From the NCBI GenBank assembly GCA_039586365.1, contig JBDHKN010000006.1:7162-71161 (forward strand): a stretch of DNA of 64,000 bases, written 5' to 3'. Shown in pieces: positions 1 to 9,736 of this stretch. The notes beneath the pieces are model-generated. The model did no database searches. It saw only the letters and a program-made list of their open reading frames with translations, and had not been told where the DNA came from. A program made the position numbers and the translations under genes. Numbering within the stretch: position 1 is the first letter of the stretch; each line of letters begins with the position of its first letter. This stretch comes from Gemmatimonadota bacterium. GTDB lineage: Bacteria; Gemmatimonadota; Gemmatimonadetes; Gemmatimonadales; GWC2-71-9.

Positions 1-97
1 CGGAATGGCAATTCTCTCTACCCCACGTGGCCTGATGAGCGACCGCGATGCCCGCCGGCAGCGGGTTGGTGGTGAGTTGGTAGCCGTGGTCTGGTAA
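1..97 (+). CDS. rpsH: 30S ribosomal protein S8, C-terminal fragment (gene runs off the 5' edge)
   Basis: Frame from nt 2 reads [31 protein letters not shown], stop TAA at 95-97. This matches the conserved S8 C-terminus, and the position directly upstream of rplF is the usual spc-operon order. Confidence 0.85.
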   Translation, partial: GMAILSTPRGLMSDRDARRQRVGGELVAVVW

Positions 98-107
98 GGG
101 GGCGCAG

Positions 108-650
108 ATGTCTCGAATTGGCAAGAAGCCGGTGGCGGTCCCGAGCGGAGTGACGGTTCAGATCGATGGTACCCGAGTCACCGTCAAAGGACCCAAGGGA
201 CAGCTAAGTCGGAAATTGTCCTCGGAGATGACGATAGCTCTCGAGGAGGGGCGGGTCAGTGTGGTCCGTCCTTCCGATACGAAACGGCACCGCGCGCTCC
301 ATGGACTCACTCGAAGCCTGCTCAACAATATGGTAGAGGGAGTGACTAACGGCTTCAGCAAGAAGCTCGAGATCCAAGGTGTTGGCTACAAGGCGGAGCC
401 AACTGCGAGCGGGATAAGGGTGCTGGTGGGGTATTCGCATCCGGTTGACTACGACGCACCCGAAGGAATCAAGATCTCATGTGAGACTGGCGCTGTTGTG
501 CGGGTCGACGGTATCGACAAGGAACTCGTGGGACAGGTCGCGGCGGAGATTCGCAGAATTCGACCACCGGAGCCATACAAAGGCAAAGGCATCCGGTACG
601 AGGGTGAGCACGTTCGCCGTAAGGCGGGCAAGGCAGGAGCTAAAGCATGA
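108..650 (+). CDS. rplF: 50S ribosomal protein L6
   Basis: 180-aa ORF starting [17 protein letters not shown]...VKGPKGQL, a typical L6 N-terminus. Operon context supports it. Confidence 0.97.
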   Translation: MSRIGKKPVAVPSGVTVQIDGTRVTVKGPKGQLSRKLSSEMTIALEEGRVSVVRPSDTKRHRALHGLTRSLLNNMVEGVTNGFSKKLEIQGVGYKAEPTASGIRVLVGYSHPVDYDAPEGIKISCETGAVVRVDGIDKELVGQVAAEIRRIRPPEPYKGKGIRYEGEHVRRKAGKAGAKA

Positions 651-1018
651 GGTGGATTGGAAAGCCGAAGAACAGGAAAGAACGCCGCTACCGGCGACAT
701 TTGCGAGTCCGCAAGAAGGTCAATGGCACAGCGGAGAGCCCGCGGCTCGTGGTCTTTCGTTCGCTCAAACACACGTATGCTCAGCTCGTTGACGATTCCA
801 GAGGTCGCACACTCGTGGGTGTGAGCGACAGATCGCGGGAGTTGGTGCGCGACAAGGCTGGGAAGGTGGGTGCGGCTCATGCGGTTGGAGTGTTGCTAGC
901 AAAGCGGGCTACTGATCTGGGTGTGAAGCGAGTAGTGTTCGATCGCGGAGGCTATCTATACCATGGGCGCGTCAAGGCTGTGGCTGACGGTGCCCGCGAA
1001 GGTGGACTGGAGTTCTAG
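647..1018 (+). CDS. rplR: 50S ribosomal protein L18
   Basis: 123-aa ORF with [15 protein letters not shown]...[19 protein letters not shown] and an L18 C-terminal [14 protein letters not shown]. Its ATGA overlaps the rplF stop. Confidence 0.95.
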   Translation: MRWIGKPKNRKERRYRRHLRVRKKVNGTAESPRLVVFRSLKHTYAQLVDDSRGRTLVGVSDRSRELVRDKAGKVGAAHAVGVLLAKRATDLGVKRVVFDRGGYLYHGRVKAVADGAREGGLEF

Positions 1019-1022
1019 GCAA

Positions 1023-1580
1023 ATGGCGCAAGAGAAAGAGCGTGGCCCTCGACGTGAGCGCCGAGAGCGTGAGTCGGAGCTAATTGAGAACGTCATTTCG
1101 ATCAATCGCGTAGCTAAAGTGGTGAAAGGTGGTCGACGGTTCTCCTTCAATGCACTCGTGGCTGTTGGTGACGGTAACGGGACGGTCGGTGTGGGAATGG
1201 GGAAGGCGAACGAGGTATCGGAGACGGTTCGTAAAGGCGTTGAGGCGGCGAAGCGCAATATGTGCGAGGTACCGCGTGCCGGAAGCACTATCCCACACGA
1301 AGTAGTTGGAACGCATGGTGCCGGCCGGGTTCTGCTGAAACCCGCTGCATCCGGAACCGGGGTAATCGCTGGCGGGCCAGTGCGATCGGTGCTCGAGTGC
1401 GCAGGGATCAGCGATATTCTGACTAAGTCGCTAGGATCCTCTAATGCCCTGAACATGGTCTGGGCGACGGTCGATGGACTCCACAGCCTGATGACTCCAG
1501 AACAGGTCGCGAGGGAACGCGAGTTGGACGTATCTGATATTGCGTACAGACCGCGGCAACGGGAGGAGGAAGATGCCTAG
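1023..1580 (+). CDS. rpsE: 30S ribosomal protein S5
   Basis: Internal ATG at 1023 of ORF 963-1580. Contains [39 protein letters not shown], the S5 signature. The 20 codons upstream of 1023 overlap rplR and are unlikely to be translated. Confidence 0.93.
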   Translation: MAQEKERGPRRERRERESELIENVISINRVAKVVKGGRRFSFNALVAVGDGNGTVGVGMGKANEVSETVRKGVEAAKRNMCEVPRAGSTIPHEVVGTHGAGRVLLKPAASGTGVIAGGPVRSVLECAGISDILTKSLGSSNALNMVWATVDGLHSLMTPEQVARERELDVSDIAYRPRQREEEDA

Positions 1581-1950
1581 CGAGAGCGGGTCGCAGGCCA
1601 AAAAGGGCACGACTGCCGCCAAGAAAGGCAGGACCAAGAAGGCCGCGAAGAAGACAACTGCGAAGAAGACAACCGCGAAGAAGACAGCCAAGAAGAAGAC
1701 GGTTCGGAAAAGTCCCACTTCGCGCAAGAAGAGTGCGGCGGCCACTAGTCCCACAAATGATAGCTCTAAGAGACTCCGAGTACGGCAGGTGCGCTCTGGG
1801 ATCGGATACGCCACGCGTGTCCGCCGCACTCTGACTGCTCTAGGACTGAAACACCATCAAGACGAGGTAGTGGTCGTCGACAATCCCGCCATTCAGGGAA
1901 TGCTGAGACGAGTGCATCACCTTGTCAGGGTTACTTCCGAGGAAAGCTGA
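1573..1950 (+). CDS. rpmD: 50S ribosomal protein L30 with a long Lys/Ala/Thr-rich N-terminal extension
   Basis: C-terminal ~60 aa ([53 protein letters not shown]) is a canonical L30. ATG 1573 follows GGGAGGAGGA. No in-frame ATG/GTG/TTG lies between 1573 and the L30 core, so the KKxxAKK extension appears obligatorily translated. Confidence 0.85.
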   Translation: MPSESGSQAKKGTTAAKKGRTKKAAKKTTAKKTTAKKTAKKKTVRKSPTSRKKSAAATSPTNDSSKRLRVRQVRSGIGYATRVRRTLTALGLKHHQDEVVVVDNPAIQGMLRRVHHLVRVTSEES

Positions 1951-2402
1951 TGTCTGAGGAACAGAAGCTCGGCTTGCACAACCTGCCCGCTCCGCCGGGA
2001 GCTGACAAGGCTCCGAAGCGGAAGGGACGGGGCACAGGCTCTGGGCTCGGTAAGACGGCCGGGCGCGGACATAAGGGGCAGCGCTCGAGAGCCAGTGGTA
2101 ACGTAAGGCCGGGATTTGAGGGGGGGCAGATGCCACTCATCCGGCGCGTACCCAAACGTGGCTTCATCAACCCATTCCGTGTGCCGAATCAGGTCGTGAA
2201 CCTGCGCGATTTGGAGAAAGTGGTAGGTGACGAGATCACTCCTGCAACGCTAATCGAGGCGGGGCTCGTGGGTGCCTCCGATTGTCCCGTCAAGATCCTG
2301 GCTACCGGCGAGGTCACACGGGCATACGTGATCAGAGGATGCACAACATCACGCACAGCTAGGGAGAAGATTGAGCAAGCAGGTGGTCGCATCGAGAACT
2401 GA
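1950..2402 (+). CDS. rplO: 50S ribosomal protein L15
   Basis: 150-aa ORF with [25 protein letters not shown], the L15 glycine-rich motif. Its start overlaps the rpmD stop. Confidence 0.95.
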   Translation: MSEEQKLGLHNLPAPPGADKAPKRKGRGTGSGLGKTAGRGHKGQRSRASGNVRPGFEGGQMPLIRRVPKRGFINPFRVPNQVVNLRDLEKVVGDEITPATLIEAGLVGASDCPVKILATGEVTRAYVIRGCTTSRTAREKIEQAGGRIEN

Positions 2403-2405
2403 CCC

Positions 2406-3716
2406 ATGACAGCACCTCGCATCCCGAATCTGTTCGCCGTACCGGAGCTCAAAGACAAGCTCCTGTTCACGCTAATGTGTCTCGCTATCTACAGGCTGGG
2501 TGCCCACATCGCAACGCCAGGCGTGGACGTCCAGGTGCTGGCCGACTTCATCCGTAACCAAGGGTCGCAGACTCTCTTCGGTGTCTACGACATGTTTGTT
2601 GGTGGAGGCCTCTCCCGCGCCACAGTGCTGGCGCTCGGGATCATGCCATACATATCCGCCTCCATCATGTTCCAGCTCGGGGGCGCGGTATTCCCGACCA
2701 TCGACAAGCTGCAAAAAGAAGAGGAGGGTCGGAAGAAGATCACCCAGTGGACCCGCTACCTGACGGTGCTGCTGTCGGTGGGCCAGGCGTACGGTTTTGC
2801 CATCTTCGCGGAACAACAGGGTGCTGTTCCCGGTGCGGGAATGGGCTTCCGCACGTTGACTGTACTGACACTCACGACTGGTGCGGTATTCGTGATGTGG
2901 CTAGGTGAGCAGATCACCGAGCGCGGCATCGGTAACGGCATGAGCCTCCTGATCTTCTTTTCGATAATGGAAGGAATGTGGCCTGGCCTGTTCCGGACGC
3001 TCGACTTCGTGCAGACGGGGGTGATCAACTTCCCCAAGCTGGCCGTGTTAGGTGGCGTCATGGTAGGCGTCGTGGCAGGGGTCGTCGCTGTGACTGTGGC
3101 AGCCAGGAGAATCCCGATTCAGATCCCCCGTAAGGTGATGGGACGTGGCCGAATCAGAGAAGGCCAGAAGACTTTCATCCCGATACGCATCAACTCGGCA
3201 GGAGTGATGCCCATCATCTTTGCTCAGGCTCTGATAATCGTGCCCGGTACCATAGCAACATTTAGCAATGTTGGATGGCTACGTGCGATGTCTGAGATGT
3301 TCCGCCCCGGTACGGGGGTGTACTACTCTACTTATGCGCTCTTGATCATCTTCTTCACTTACTTCTACACATCGATCATCTTCAACCCAGTGGATATTGC
3401 GGAAAACCTGAAGAAGCAGGGCGGTTTCATTCCAGGTGTGAAACCAGGAGCAGCTACCGCAGATTACATCGACACTGTGCTTAGTAGGGTTACGCTACCC
3501 GGTTCGTTGTTTCTCACGGTTGTTGCGCTACTGCCGTTCTTCATTTTTGACGCTTTCAATGTGCCGTTCCGATTCGGGGGAACTGCCCTGTTAATCGTTG
3601 TTGGTGTGGCGCTCGATACATGGGTACAAGTGCAGCAACATGCCCAGCTGCGTCATTACGACGATTTCATGAAACACGGGCGTGTCAAGTTCCGAGGACG
3701 GCGTCGCTACATGTAA
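2406..3716 (+). CDS. secY: Preprotein translocase subunit SecY
   Basis: 436-aa polytopic membrane ORF with LGIMPYISASIM and GEQITERGIGNGMSLLIF, which are SecY hallmarks. It follows rplO. Confidence 0.97.
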   Translation: MTAPRIPNLFAVPELKDKLLFTLMCLAIYRLGAHIATPGVDVQVLADFIRNQGSQTLFGVYDMFVGGGLSRATVLALGIMPYISASIMFQLGGAVFPTIDKLQKEEEGRKKITQWTRYLTVLLSVGQAYGFAIFAEQQGAVPGAGMGFRTLTVLTLTTGAVFVMWLGEQITERGIGNGMSLLIFFSIMEGMWPGLFRTLDFVQTGVINFPKLAVLGGVMVGVVAGVVAVTVAARRIPIQIPRKVMGRGRIREGQKTFIPIRINSAGVMPIIFAQALIIVPGTIATFSNVGWLRAMSEMFRPGTGVYYSTYALLIIFFTYFYTSIIFNPVDIAENLKKQGGFIPGVKPGAATADYIDTVLSRVTLPGSLFLTVVALLPFFIFDAFNVPFRFGGTALLIVVGVALDTWVQVQQHAQLRHYDDFMKHGRVKFRGRRRYM

Positions 3717-3849
3717 CCAAATCAGTGGTGCGCCAGTTCGTATCGGTGTAGGGTGAGTAATCTGGCGTAGGGAATCATACTCGGCGCTCCGAGTCACGGT
3801 GGCGATCCGTGGTTGGCGGTACCCTGCGCGCTATGGAGGTTATGGGAGT

Positions 3850-4623
3850 TTGGTGACAATCAAGTCGGTAAGGGAAATTGAGACGATGGCGGCGGCGGGT
3901 CGCATACTTGCTGACGCGTTGGCTCTCCTCTCTGAGCGGGTGAAGTCGGGCGTGAGCACTGAGGAGCTCGATGGGCTCGCAGAGGAGTTCATTCGCAGCC
4001 ACCCCGGAGCGCGACCGTCGTTCAAGGGGTTGTATGGCTTCCCCAAGTCGATCTGCACATCAATCAACCAGGAAATCGTGCACGGAATACCTTCGCGAAA
4101 CCGAGTCCTCCGCGACGGAGATATCCTGAGCATCGACTGTGGCGTCCTACTCGATGGCCTCCACGCAGACTCGGCAACTACGGTTCCGGTGGGTGAGATT
4201 GGTGACGGCGCCCGGGAGCTGCTCGAGGCGACCGAACGATCCTTGTTTGCAGGAATTCGCGCTGCCGTCCTGGGCAATCACGTGGGGGACATTGGCCATG
4301 CTGTCCAGCAGGTAGCTGAGGGAGCTGGCTTCAGCGTGGTGAGGGACCTGGTGGGCCACGGCATCGGCGCGAGCTTCCATGAAGAACCCCAGGTACCCAA
4401 CTACGGAGAGCCGAAACGCGGCCCGCGACTCGCCGCCGGAATGACGCTTGCCATTGAGCCCATGGTTAACACCGGGCGAGCCGATACGAGGACGCTAGAT
4501 GATAAGTGGACTATCGTTACCGCCGACGGATCGCTATCAGCCCATTTCGAGCACACGGTGGTGATCGCTGAAGAGGGGCCGCGGATACTCACGGCGGCTG
4601 AGGTTACGACTAAGGCGAACTAG
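3850..4623 (+). CDS. map: Type I methionine aminopeptidase
   Basis: ORF 3799-4623. The core from VTIKSVREIETMAAAGRILA, plus HGIPS, DCG and GHGIG..FHE motifs, is typical of MAP. TTG 3850 or GTG 3853 after GGAGG (3834-3838) fits family N-termini better than ATG 3799, so the start is uncertain. Confidence 0.9.
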   Translation: MVTIKSVREIETMAAAGRILADALALLSERVKSGVSTEELDGLAEEFIRSHPGARPSFKGLYGFPKSICTSINQEIVHGIPSRNRVLRDGDILSIDCGVLLDGLHADSATTVPVGEIGDGARELLEATERSLFAGIRAAVLGNHVGDIGHAVQQVAEGAGFSVVRDLVGHGIGASFHEEPQVPNYGEPKRGPRLAAGMTLAIEPMVNTGRADTRTLDDKWTIVTADGSLSAHFEHTVVIAEEGPRILTAAEVTTKAN

Positions 4624-4716
4624 GTGTACGAGCTCGGTTGGAGATCGGATGGGTTTCTTATGGGTCCCGGCGACGACGCGAGGTGCCGTTCCTGAGCGAT
4701 CTTCTGGTGGTTTCGC

Positions 4717-5508
4717 CTAGCGTGTCAGGACCTCCAGCAACCACCGGTGGATCTCCGGGTTCCCCGCCACGATAGGACCCTGGTGCACGACGTCCCAACC
4801 TCCGTCAGTGTCTGTCACCACTCCCCCGGCCTCCCGGACCAGTAGCGTTCCTGCTGCCACGTCCCAAGGTGCCAACGACAACTCCCAGAACCCGTCGAAA
4901 CGGCCCGAGCTAACGTCTACAAGATCAAGCGCGGCGGATCCTGCGCGCCGGATTCCGCTAGTACTGCACAGTATGTTGGCGAGATTTCTTAGATACTGCG
5001 GTAGCTGGTCCAACGCCTTGAATGGGAAACCGGTGCCGATCAAAGACAGAGCCGGATCGGACGTGTCTGACACCTCCAGTCGGCGTTCACCGGACCAGGC
5101 ACCCCCGCCTGCTGTGGCGTGATACACCATGTTGCGGGAGACATCGACCACGACGCCGACAATAAGTCTGCCGTCTACCATCGCAGCGATGCTTACCGCA
5201 TATGTTGGATATCCGTGCAGGAAGTTGGTAGTGCCGTCGAGAGGGTCCACGATCCACAACAGCCCACCCTCCTCACCGAGGCCGCCAGGTGTGAGTTCTT
5301 CACCCATTACTGCAGAGTCTGGAACCTCCCTGAGCAACATCTCCGTAATCAGCTGTTCTGATTCGCGGTCCACCTGCGTGACGAAGTCACTGGTCCCCTT
5401 TAGTCCCCAAGTGGCAGGCCGAGGTGGATGCTGTACCGACCGGATATATCCTGCCGCTCGCTGGGCTGTGTCCAGCGTCAGGGTCAGTATGTCTGCGTAT
5501 TTTCCCAA
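4717..5508 (-). CDS. Inositol monophosphatase family protein (SuhB-like)
   Basis: 263-aa ORF with WIVDPLDGTTNFLHGYP and a WDVAAG motif, characteristic of the IMPase family. Confidence 0.85.
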   Translation of the reverse strand: MGKYADILTLTLDTAQRAAGYIRSVQHPPRPATWGLKGTSDFVTQVDRESEQLITEMLLREVPDSAVMGEELTPGGLGEEGGLLWIVDPLDGTTNFLHGYPTYAVSIAAMVDGRLIVGVVVDVSRNMVYHATAGGGAWSGERRLEVSDTSDPALSLIGTGFPFKALDQLPQYLRNLANILCSTSGIRRAGSAALDLVDVSSGRFDGFWELSLAPWDVAAGTLLVREAGGVVTDTDGGWDVVHQGPIVAGNPEIHRWLLEVLTR

Positions 5509-5545
5509 CCTTGCGACCCCCTTGGTGTTTCCATAGCTTGCTCTG

Positions 5546-6544
5546 ATGCGACGAGTATTCTCAGGAATTCAGCCATCTGGCGAACTGCACCTCGGCAACT
5601 ACCTAGGTGCCGTGCAGAATTGGGTGCGGATGCAACAGGAGTATGAGTGTGTCTTCTGCATCGTCGATTACCACGCTGTAACCCAAGACTACGATCAAGC
5701 CGTCCTAAGCGCCCGCACATTCGATATGGCGGTCAGCCTCATTGCTGCCGGTATCGACCCTGAGCGCGCAATCCTGTTCGTACAATCACACGTTCCCGAG
5801 CACACTGAGCTGGGCTGGGTCTTCACTACGGTGACACCGATTGGTGAGCTCGAGCGGATGACCCAATTTAAGGATAAGTCTCGCCGTCACGAAAGTGTGT
5901 TGGCCGGACTTCTCAACTATCCTGTACTTCAGGCAGCTGACGTGCTGTTGTACAAAGCAGAGTTCGTACCGGTCGGTGACGACCAAGTCCAGCACGTTGA
6001 GCTGATGCGCGGGATAGCTCGGAAGTGGAATGCCAGGTACGCAGACGGCTACTTCCCAGAGCCACAAGCCGTGATCACGGAAGCGAGGCGGATAATCGGC
6101 CTGGACGGACAGGCCAAGATGTCGAAGAGTCTGGACAATACCATCGGTATCATGGAAAGCCCCGACAGCATTTGGAAGCGCCTCAGACCGGCGGTGACCG
6201 ATCCGGCTCGCGTGAAACGCACGGACCGTGGAACACCGGAAGTGTGCAATATCTACTCACTGCACCGGTACTTCTCTTCACCAGATGTGGTAACTGAAGT
6301 GGCAGACAAGTGCCGGTCCGCCGCCTGGGGGTGCTTGGACTGTAAGCAGGCCTTGGCCGAATCTGTGACTGGTGCCTTCGCTGATATGCGGGAGAGAGCA
6401 GCGGAGCTGAAGTCGGATCCCGGTAAAGTGCATGAGATTCTTCGCGCTGGTGCTGATCGGGCGCGTGGAATCGCAGTGCAAACGATGAGCGGCGTGCGTG
6501 AGCGGATGGGATTGATGTCTGCTAGGCTCTGGCAGAACGGGTGA
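5546..6544 (+). CDS. trpS: Tryptophan--tRNA ligase
   Basis: 332 aa. N-terminal GIQPSGELHLGNYLGA (HIGH-type) and KMSKS present, with class I TrpRS length and layout. Confidence 0.95.
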   Translation: MRRVFSGIQPSGELHLGNYLGAVQNWVRMQQEYECVFCIVDYHAVTQDYDQAVLSARTFDMAVSLIAAGIDPERAILFVQSHVPEHTELGWVFTTVTPIGELERMTQFKDKSRRHESVLAGLLNYPVLQAADVLLYKAEFVPVGDDQVQHVELMRGIARKWNARYADGYFPEPQAVITEARRIIGLDGQAKMSKSLDNTIGIMESPDSIWKRLRPAVTDPARVKRTDRGTPEVCNIYSLHRYFSSPDVVTEVADKCRSAAWGCLDCKQALAESVTGAFADMRERAAELKSDPGKVHEILRAGADRARGIAVQTMSGVRERMGLMSARLWQNG

Positions 6545-6627
6545 GATGGCGGCGCCGCAGAGTACATTTGATCTCAAGGCGGAGCAGGTGGGCGTCCGTA
6601 CGGCCCCCTCTATTCAACGGCCTTAGG

Positions 6628-7656
6628 GTGAAGCGAGCAGTCGTAGATCTGTCATCGTCGTTACCGATCTGGTCGATGCCTCCCGATTTGGTTGCCACAT
6701 TGCGTCGCGCTTTTGGTCTTGGCTGGGAGGTTGTTGAGGTAGCCGAACGAACTCCGAGTGAGGGTGATGAATCCGGTGCGTCGTTGGAGGTAGGGCACGC
6801 TGCTGTCGATGCGGAAGTGTACCTCGGATGGGGTGTCTCGTTGGAGGTGATCAAACAAGCCGGAGAGAAGCTTCGGTGGGTGCACACTGCTGCTGCTGGA
6901 GTCGGCAGCAGCATCACACCTGAGTTGCACTCCAGTCGTGCCGTCTTCACCAATTCCCGAGGCATACACGCGGCCCCGATCGCTGATTGGGTCGTCGCGG
7001 CGATCGGCTTCTGTGTACGCGGCTTTCACGTTGCAGTAGCAGCTCAAAGAGAGAAGCGGTGGGCTAGGAGTCAGCTGACTCAACTTGACAGCCCGATTCG
7101 GGAATTTGCTGATCTCCGAGTTGGTCTCGTAGGATATGGCGGTATCGGACGCGTGGTCGCCAGGCGTTGTCGGGCGCTGGGCATGACGGTTCGGGCTGTG
7201 CGCCGAAGCTCCCGCAAGGCGCGGCCTATGAACCTAGTCTGGCTAGGGTGTGCGGGTGATCTTCCTGACCTTGCTCGCCGGAGTGACGTTCTAGTGATTG
7301 CCGTTCCCCATACGCGGGAAACTGTGAGGCTGATTGACGAGTCGGTGTTGGCCTTGCTGCCGCGAGGGGCTTACGTTCTCAATGTGGCCCGGGGTGCGGT
7401 CCTGGACGAGGAAGCCGTAGTGAGTCACCTTGATAGCGGGCAGCTGGCAGGCTGTGTGCTGGATGTTTGTGGTGCCGAGCCGTTACCGGAGGATCACGAG
7501 TTTTGGTGCAATCCCAAGGTGTTTGTCACACCCCATGTGAGCGGCGTATCGCACGGGTTCTGGAAGCGGGAGATGGCTCTCATTCTCGAGAATATCGGTC
7601 GGCACAAGAAGGGTGACCGCCTCAGGAACTTAGTCGACATGGAGTCCGGTTATTGA
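6628..7656 (+). CDS. D-isomer-specific 2-hydroxyacid dehydrogenase family protein
   Basis: ORF 6541-7656 with NAD-binding VGLVGYGGIGRVVARR and a C-terminal family pattern (NVARG...D, TPHVSG). The Arg-rich first ~29 codons look untranslated, so GTG 6628 (VKRAVVDL) is proposed. Start is uncertain. Confidence 0.72.
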   Translation: MKRAVVDLSSSLPIWSMPPDLVATLRRAFGLGWEVVEVAERTPSEGDESGASLEVGHAAVDAEVYLGWGVSLEVIKQAGEKLRWVHTAAAGVGSSITPELHSSRAVFTNSRGIHAAPIADWVVAAIGFCVRGFHVAVAAQREKRWARSQLTQLDSPIREFADLRVGLVGYGGIGRVVARRCRALGMTVRAVRRSSRKARPMNLVWLGCAGDLPDLARRSDVLVIAVPHTRETVRLIDESVLALLPRGAYVLNVARGAVLDEEAVVSHLDSGQLAGCVLDVCGAEPLPEDHEFWCNPKVFVTPHVSGVSHGFWKREMALILENIGRHKKGDRLRNLVDMESGY

Positions 7657-7659
7657 TCT

Positions 7660-8727
7660 ATGGAGAGCATAATCAAAGCGGCGGTAGAGCGTGGCGCGTC
7701 CGACGTGCATATCAAGGCAGGTGACGTATTCCGCGCGAGAATTGGAGGTGAACTGAAGCCGCTCACCAAGCAACGGCTCACACCTGAGCAGACCAAGAGT
7801 ATCGCGCTTCGATTTATCGTTTCGGAGGAAGTCCGCAGCCGTGTTGACCAGATTCAGGACTACGATTGCTCATGGGGATCTCCTGGGATTGGCCGATTCC
7901 GAGTGAACATTCTGCGGCAGCGGTCATCGTTCATGATAGTAATGCGGGTCATTCCGTTTGAAGTTCCAACCCTGGATAAGCTGCAGCTCCCACGAGTCCT
8001 CGAGACGATTGCGGAGTTCGAACGCGGGATCGTCTTAGTCACTGGACCGACTGGTAGTGGGAAGAGCGCAACTATGGCAGGATTACTCAATCACATCAAC
8101 ACGACTAGTAAGCGGCACATCGTCACTCTGGAGGATCCAATAGAGTTCCTACATCGCGATCTCAATAGCTCTGTCACGCAGCGCGAGATTGGAGCTGACA
8201 CGACCAGTTTCAGCGTCGGGCTCAAGGCTGCGATGAGGCAAGACTGCAATGTCATAATGATCGATCAGCTGCCAGATCTGCTCACTGTTGACACGGCACT
8301 CAAAGTGGGCGAAATGGGTCATCTTCTCATGAGTACCCTACCAACGCCGGACGCCACCACCACAATTGCGCGTCTCGTAGCCATGTTCCCGCCTGACGAA
8401 CAGGAGATTGCGCGACAGAGACTGGCGAATACTCTGATGGCAGTTGTTTCGCAGCGGCTGCTTCCGCGAGCCGATGGGACCGGGAGGTGTCCCGTGTGTG
8501 AAGTGCTCATCTGCACACCAGAAATCAGCGATCTGATCAGCGACCGGACCCGAGTGGGTGACCTCAAGGGTTTCATTGCAAAGGGGGTCAACGAGAGCGG
8601 CATGCAGACTTTCGATCAACACCTGACGGATCTTGTGGATGGGAAAGTCATCACTCTGGAGGCGGCCAAGATCGCAGCCAACGATCCCACGGCGTTCGAG
8701 GATCGATTGGGTGAAGGTTCAGAGTAG
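7660..8727 (+). CDS. pilT: Type IV pilus retraction ATPase PilT family
   Basis: 355 aa with Walker A GPTGSGKSATMA and ASDVHI, HIVTLEDPIEF and REIG motifs typical of PilT/PilU. No other pilus genes are adjacent. Confidence 0.88.
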   Translation: MESIIKAAVERGASDVHIKAGDVFRARIGGELKPLTKQRLTPEQTKSIALRFIVSEEVRSRVDQIQDYDCSWGSPGIGRFRVNILRQRSSFMIVMRVIPFEVPTLDKLQLPRVLETIAEFERGIVLVTGPTGSGKSATMAGLLNHINTTSKRHIVTLEDPIEFLHRDLNSSVTQREIGADTTSFSVGLKAAMRQDCNVIMIDQLPDLLTVDTALKVGEMGHLLMSTLPTPDATTTIARLVAMFPPDEQEIARQRLANTLMAVVSQRLLPRADGTGRCPVCEVLICTPEISDLISDRTRVGDLKGFIAKGVNESGMQTFDQHLTDLVDGKVITLEAAKIAANDPTAFEDRLGEGSE

Positions 8728-8829
8728 CTATCCACAGCACGGCACCCGAGGGAAGCCGATTCTACTACCGGTCAGGATGGTTGAGATCCACTGGTACGTG
8801 TCCCGTTCCATCTAACCCTAGCTACAGAA

Positions 8830-9735
8830 ATGAATCAAAGACCTGACAGACCAAATGGACTCCTGGTTCCACTCACGACCCCGTTCGATAGCGCCACAGG
8901 GGACATCGCACCAATTCACTTGCGGGATAATGCGCGAGCGCTGCTGGAGGCTGGTGTAAACGGTCTCGTAGCGTGTGGATCTACTGGGGAAGCGGCTCTG
9001 CTCAACGAAGAAGAGTATTGCAGCGTTGTATCCTGGCTTCGTGACGTGGTTCCAGGTGATAAATGGCTCATAGCTGGGGCAGGTCGTGAAAGCACACGTG
9101 CCACTGTCAGCGCCTGTCGCGTTGCCGCCGACGAAGGTGCCGACGCTGTATTGGTGAGGGCCCCTTCATACTATGCACCTTCGCTAACCGGCGCGGCACT
9201 GACTGCTCACTTCGAAAAGGTAGCCGACGAGTCTCCAGTGCCGGTGCTGCTCTATAACATGCCTAAGTATACGCACATTGCCATGACGGATTCTCTGTTT
9301 GCGTCATTGTCCGATCACAGCAATGTCTGGGGAGCTAAGGATTCCTCAGGGGACATCAAGAACTTCGCTAGCTACCGCGATGCAGTCCCGCACTGGACGC
9401 TGCTCATCGGCTCAGGAGCATTGTACTACGCAGCTCTCGAGATGGGTGGTGCTGGAGCTGTCGCCGCAACTGGATGCTTCGCGGTTGGGCACACTCTTGA
9501 GATTGGCGCGGCGTTCGCAGCCGGTGACAGACGCCGGGCTGGTGCGGCTCAGGAGATCGTGGGACCGCTGCATCGTGAGATTGTTGGGGGGTTCGGAGTG
9601 GCTGGTGTGAAGGCTGCAGTGGACTTTGTTGGACTAGCTGGCGGTGCAGTCAGACCTCCCTTGCGTGATTTGCCAGACAAGGACCGTGACAAGGTGAGAG
9701 GCGTCCTACGCCCAGCCGGTCTGGTTTCTGATTAG
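8830..9735 (+). CDS. Dihydrodipicolinate synthase / N-acetylneuraminate lyase family protein
   Basis: 301 aa with GLVACGSTGEAALLNEEE and a YNMP motif, giving the DapA-family layout. The specific substrate cannot be assigned. Confidence 0.72.
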   Translation: MNQRPDRPNGLLVPLTTPFDSATGDIAPIHLRDNARALLEAGVNGLVACGSTGEAALLNEEEYCSVVSWLRDVVPGDKWLIAGAGRESTRATVSACRVAADEGADAVLVRAPSYYAPSLTGAALTAHFEKVADESPVPVLLYNMPKYTHIAMTDSLFASLSDHSNVWGAKDSSGDIKNFASYRDAVPHWTLLIGSGALYYAALEMGGAGAVAATGCFAVGHTLEIGAAFAAGDRRRAGAAQEIVGPLHREIVGGFGVAGVKAAVDFVGLAGGAVRPPLRDLPDKDRDKVRGVLRPAGLVSD

Positions 9736-9736
9736 T

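Noticed and set aside
1645-1700. Three tandem 15-nt repeats (GCGAAGAAGACAACx) followed by AAGAAGAAGACG
   Set aside because: This is not an independent repeat element. It is in-frame coding sequence for the AKKTT low-complexity extension of L30 and is reported under that finding.
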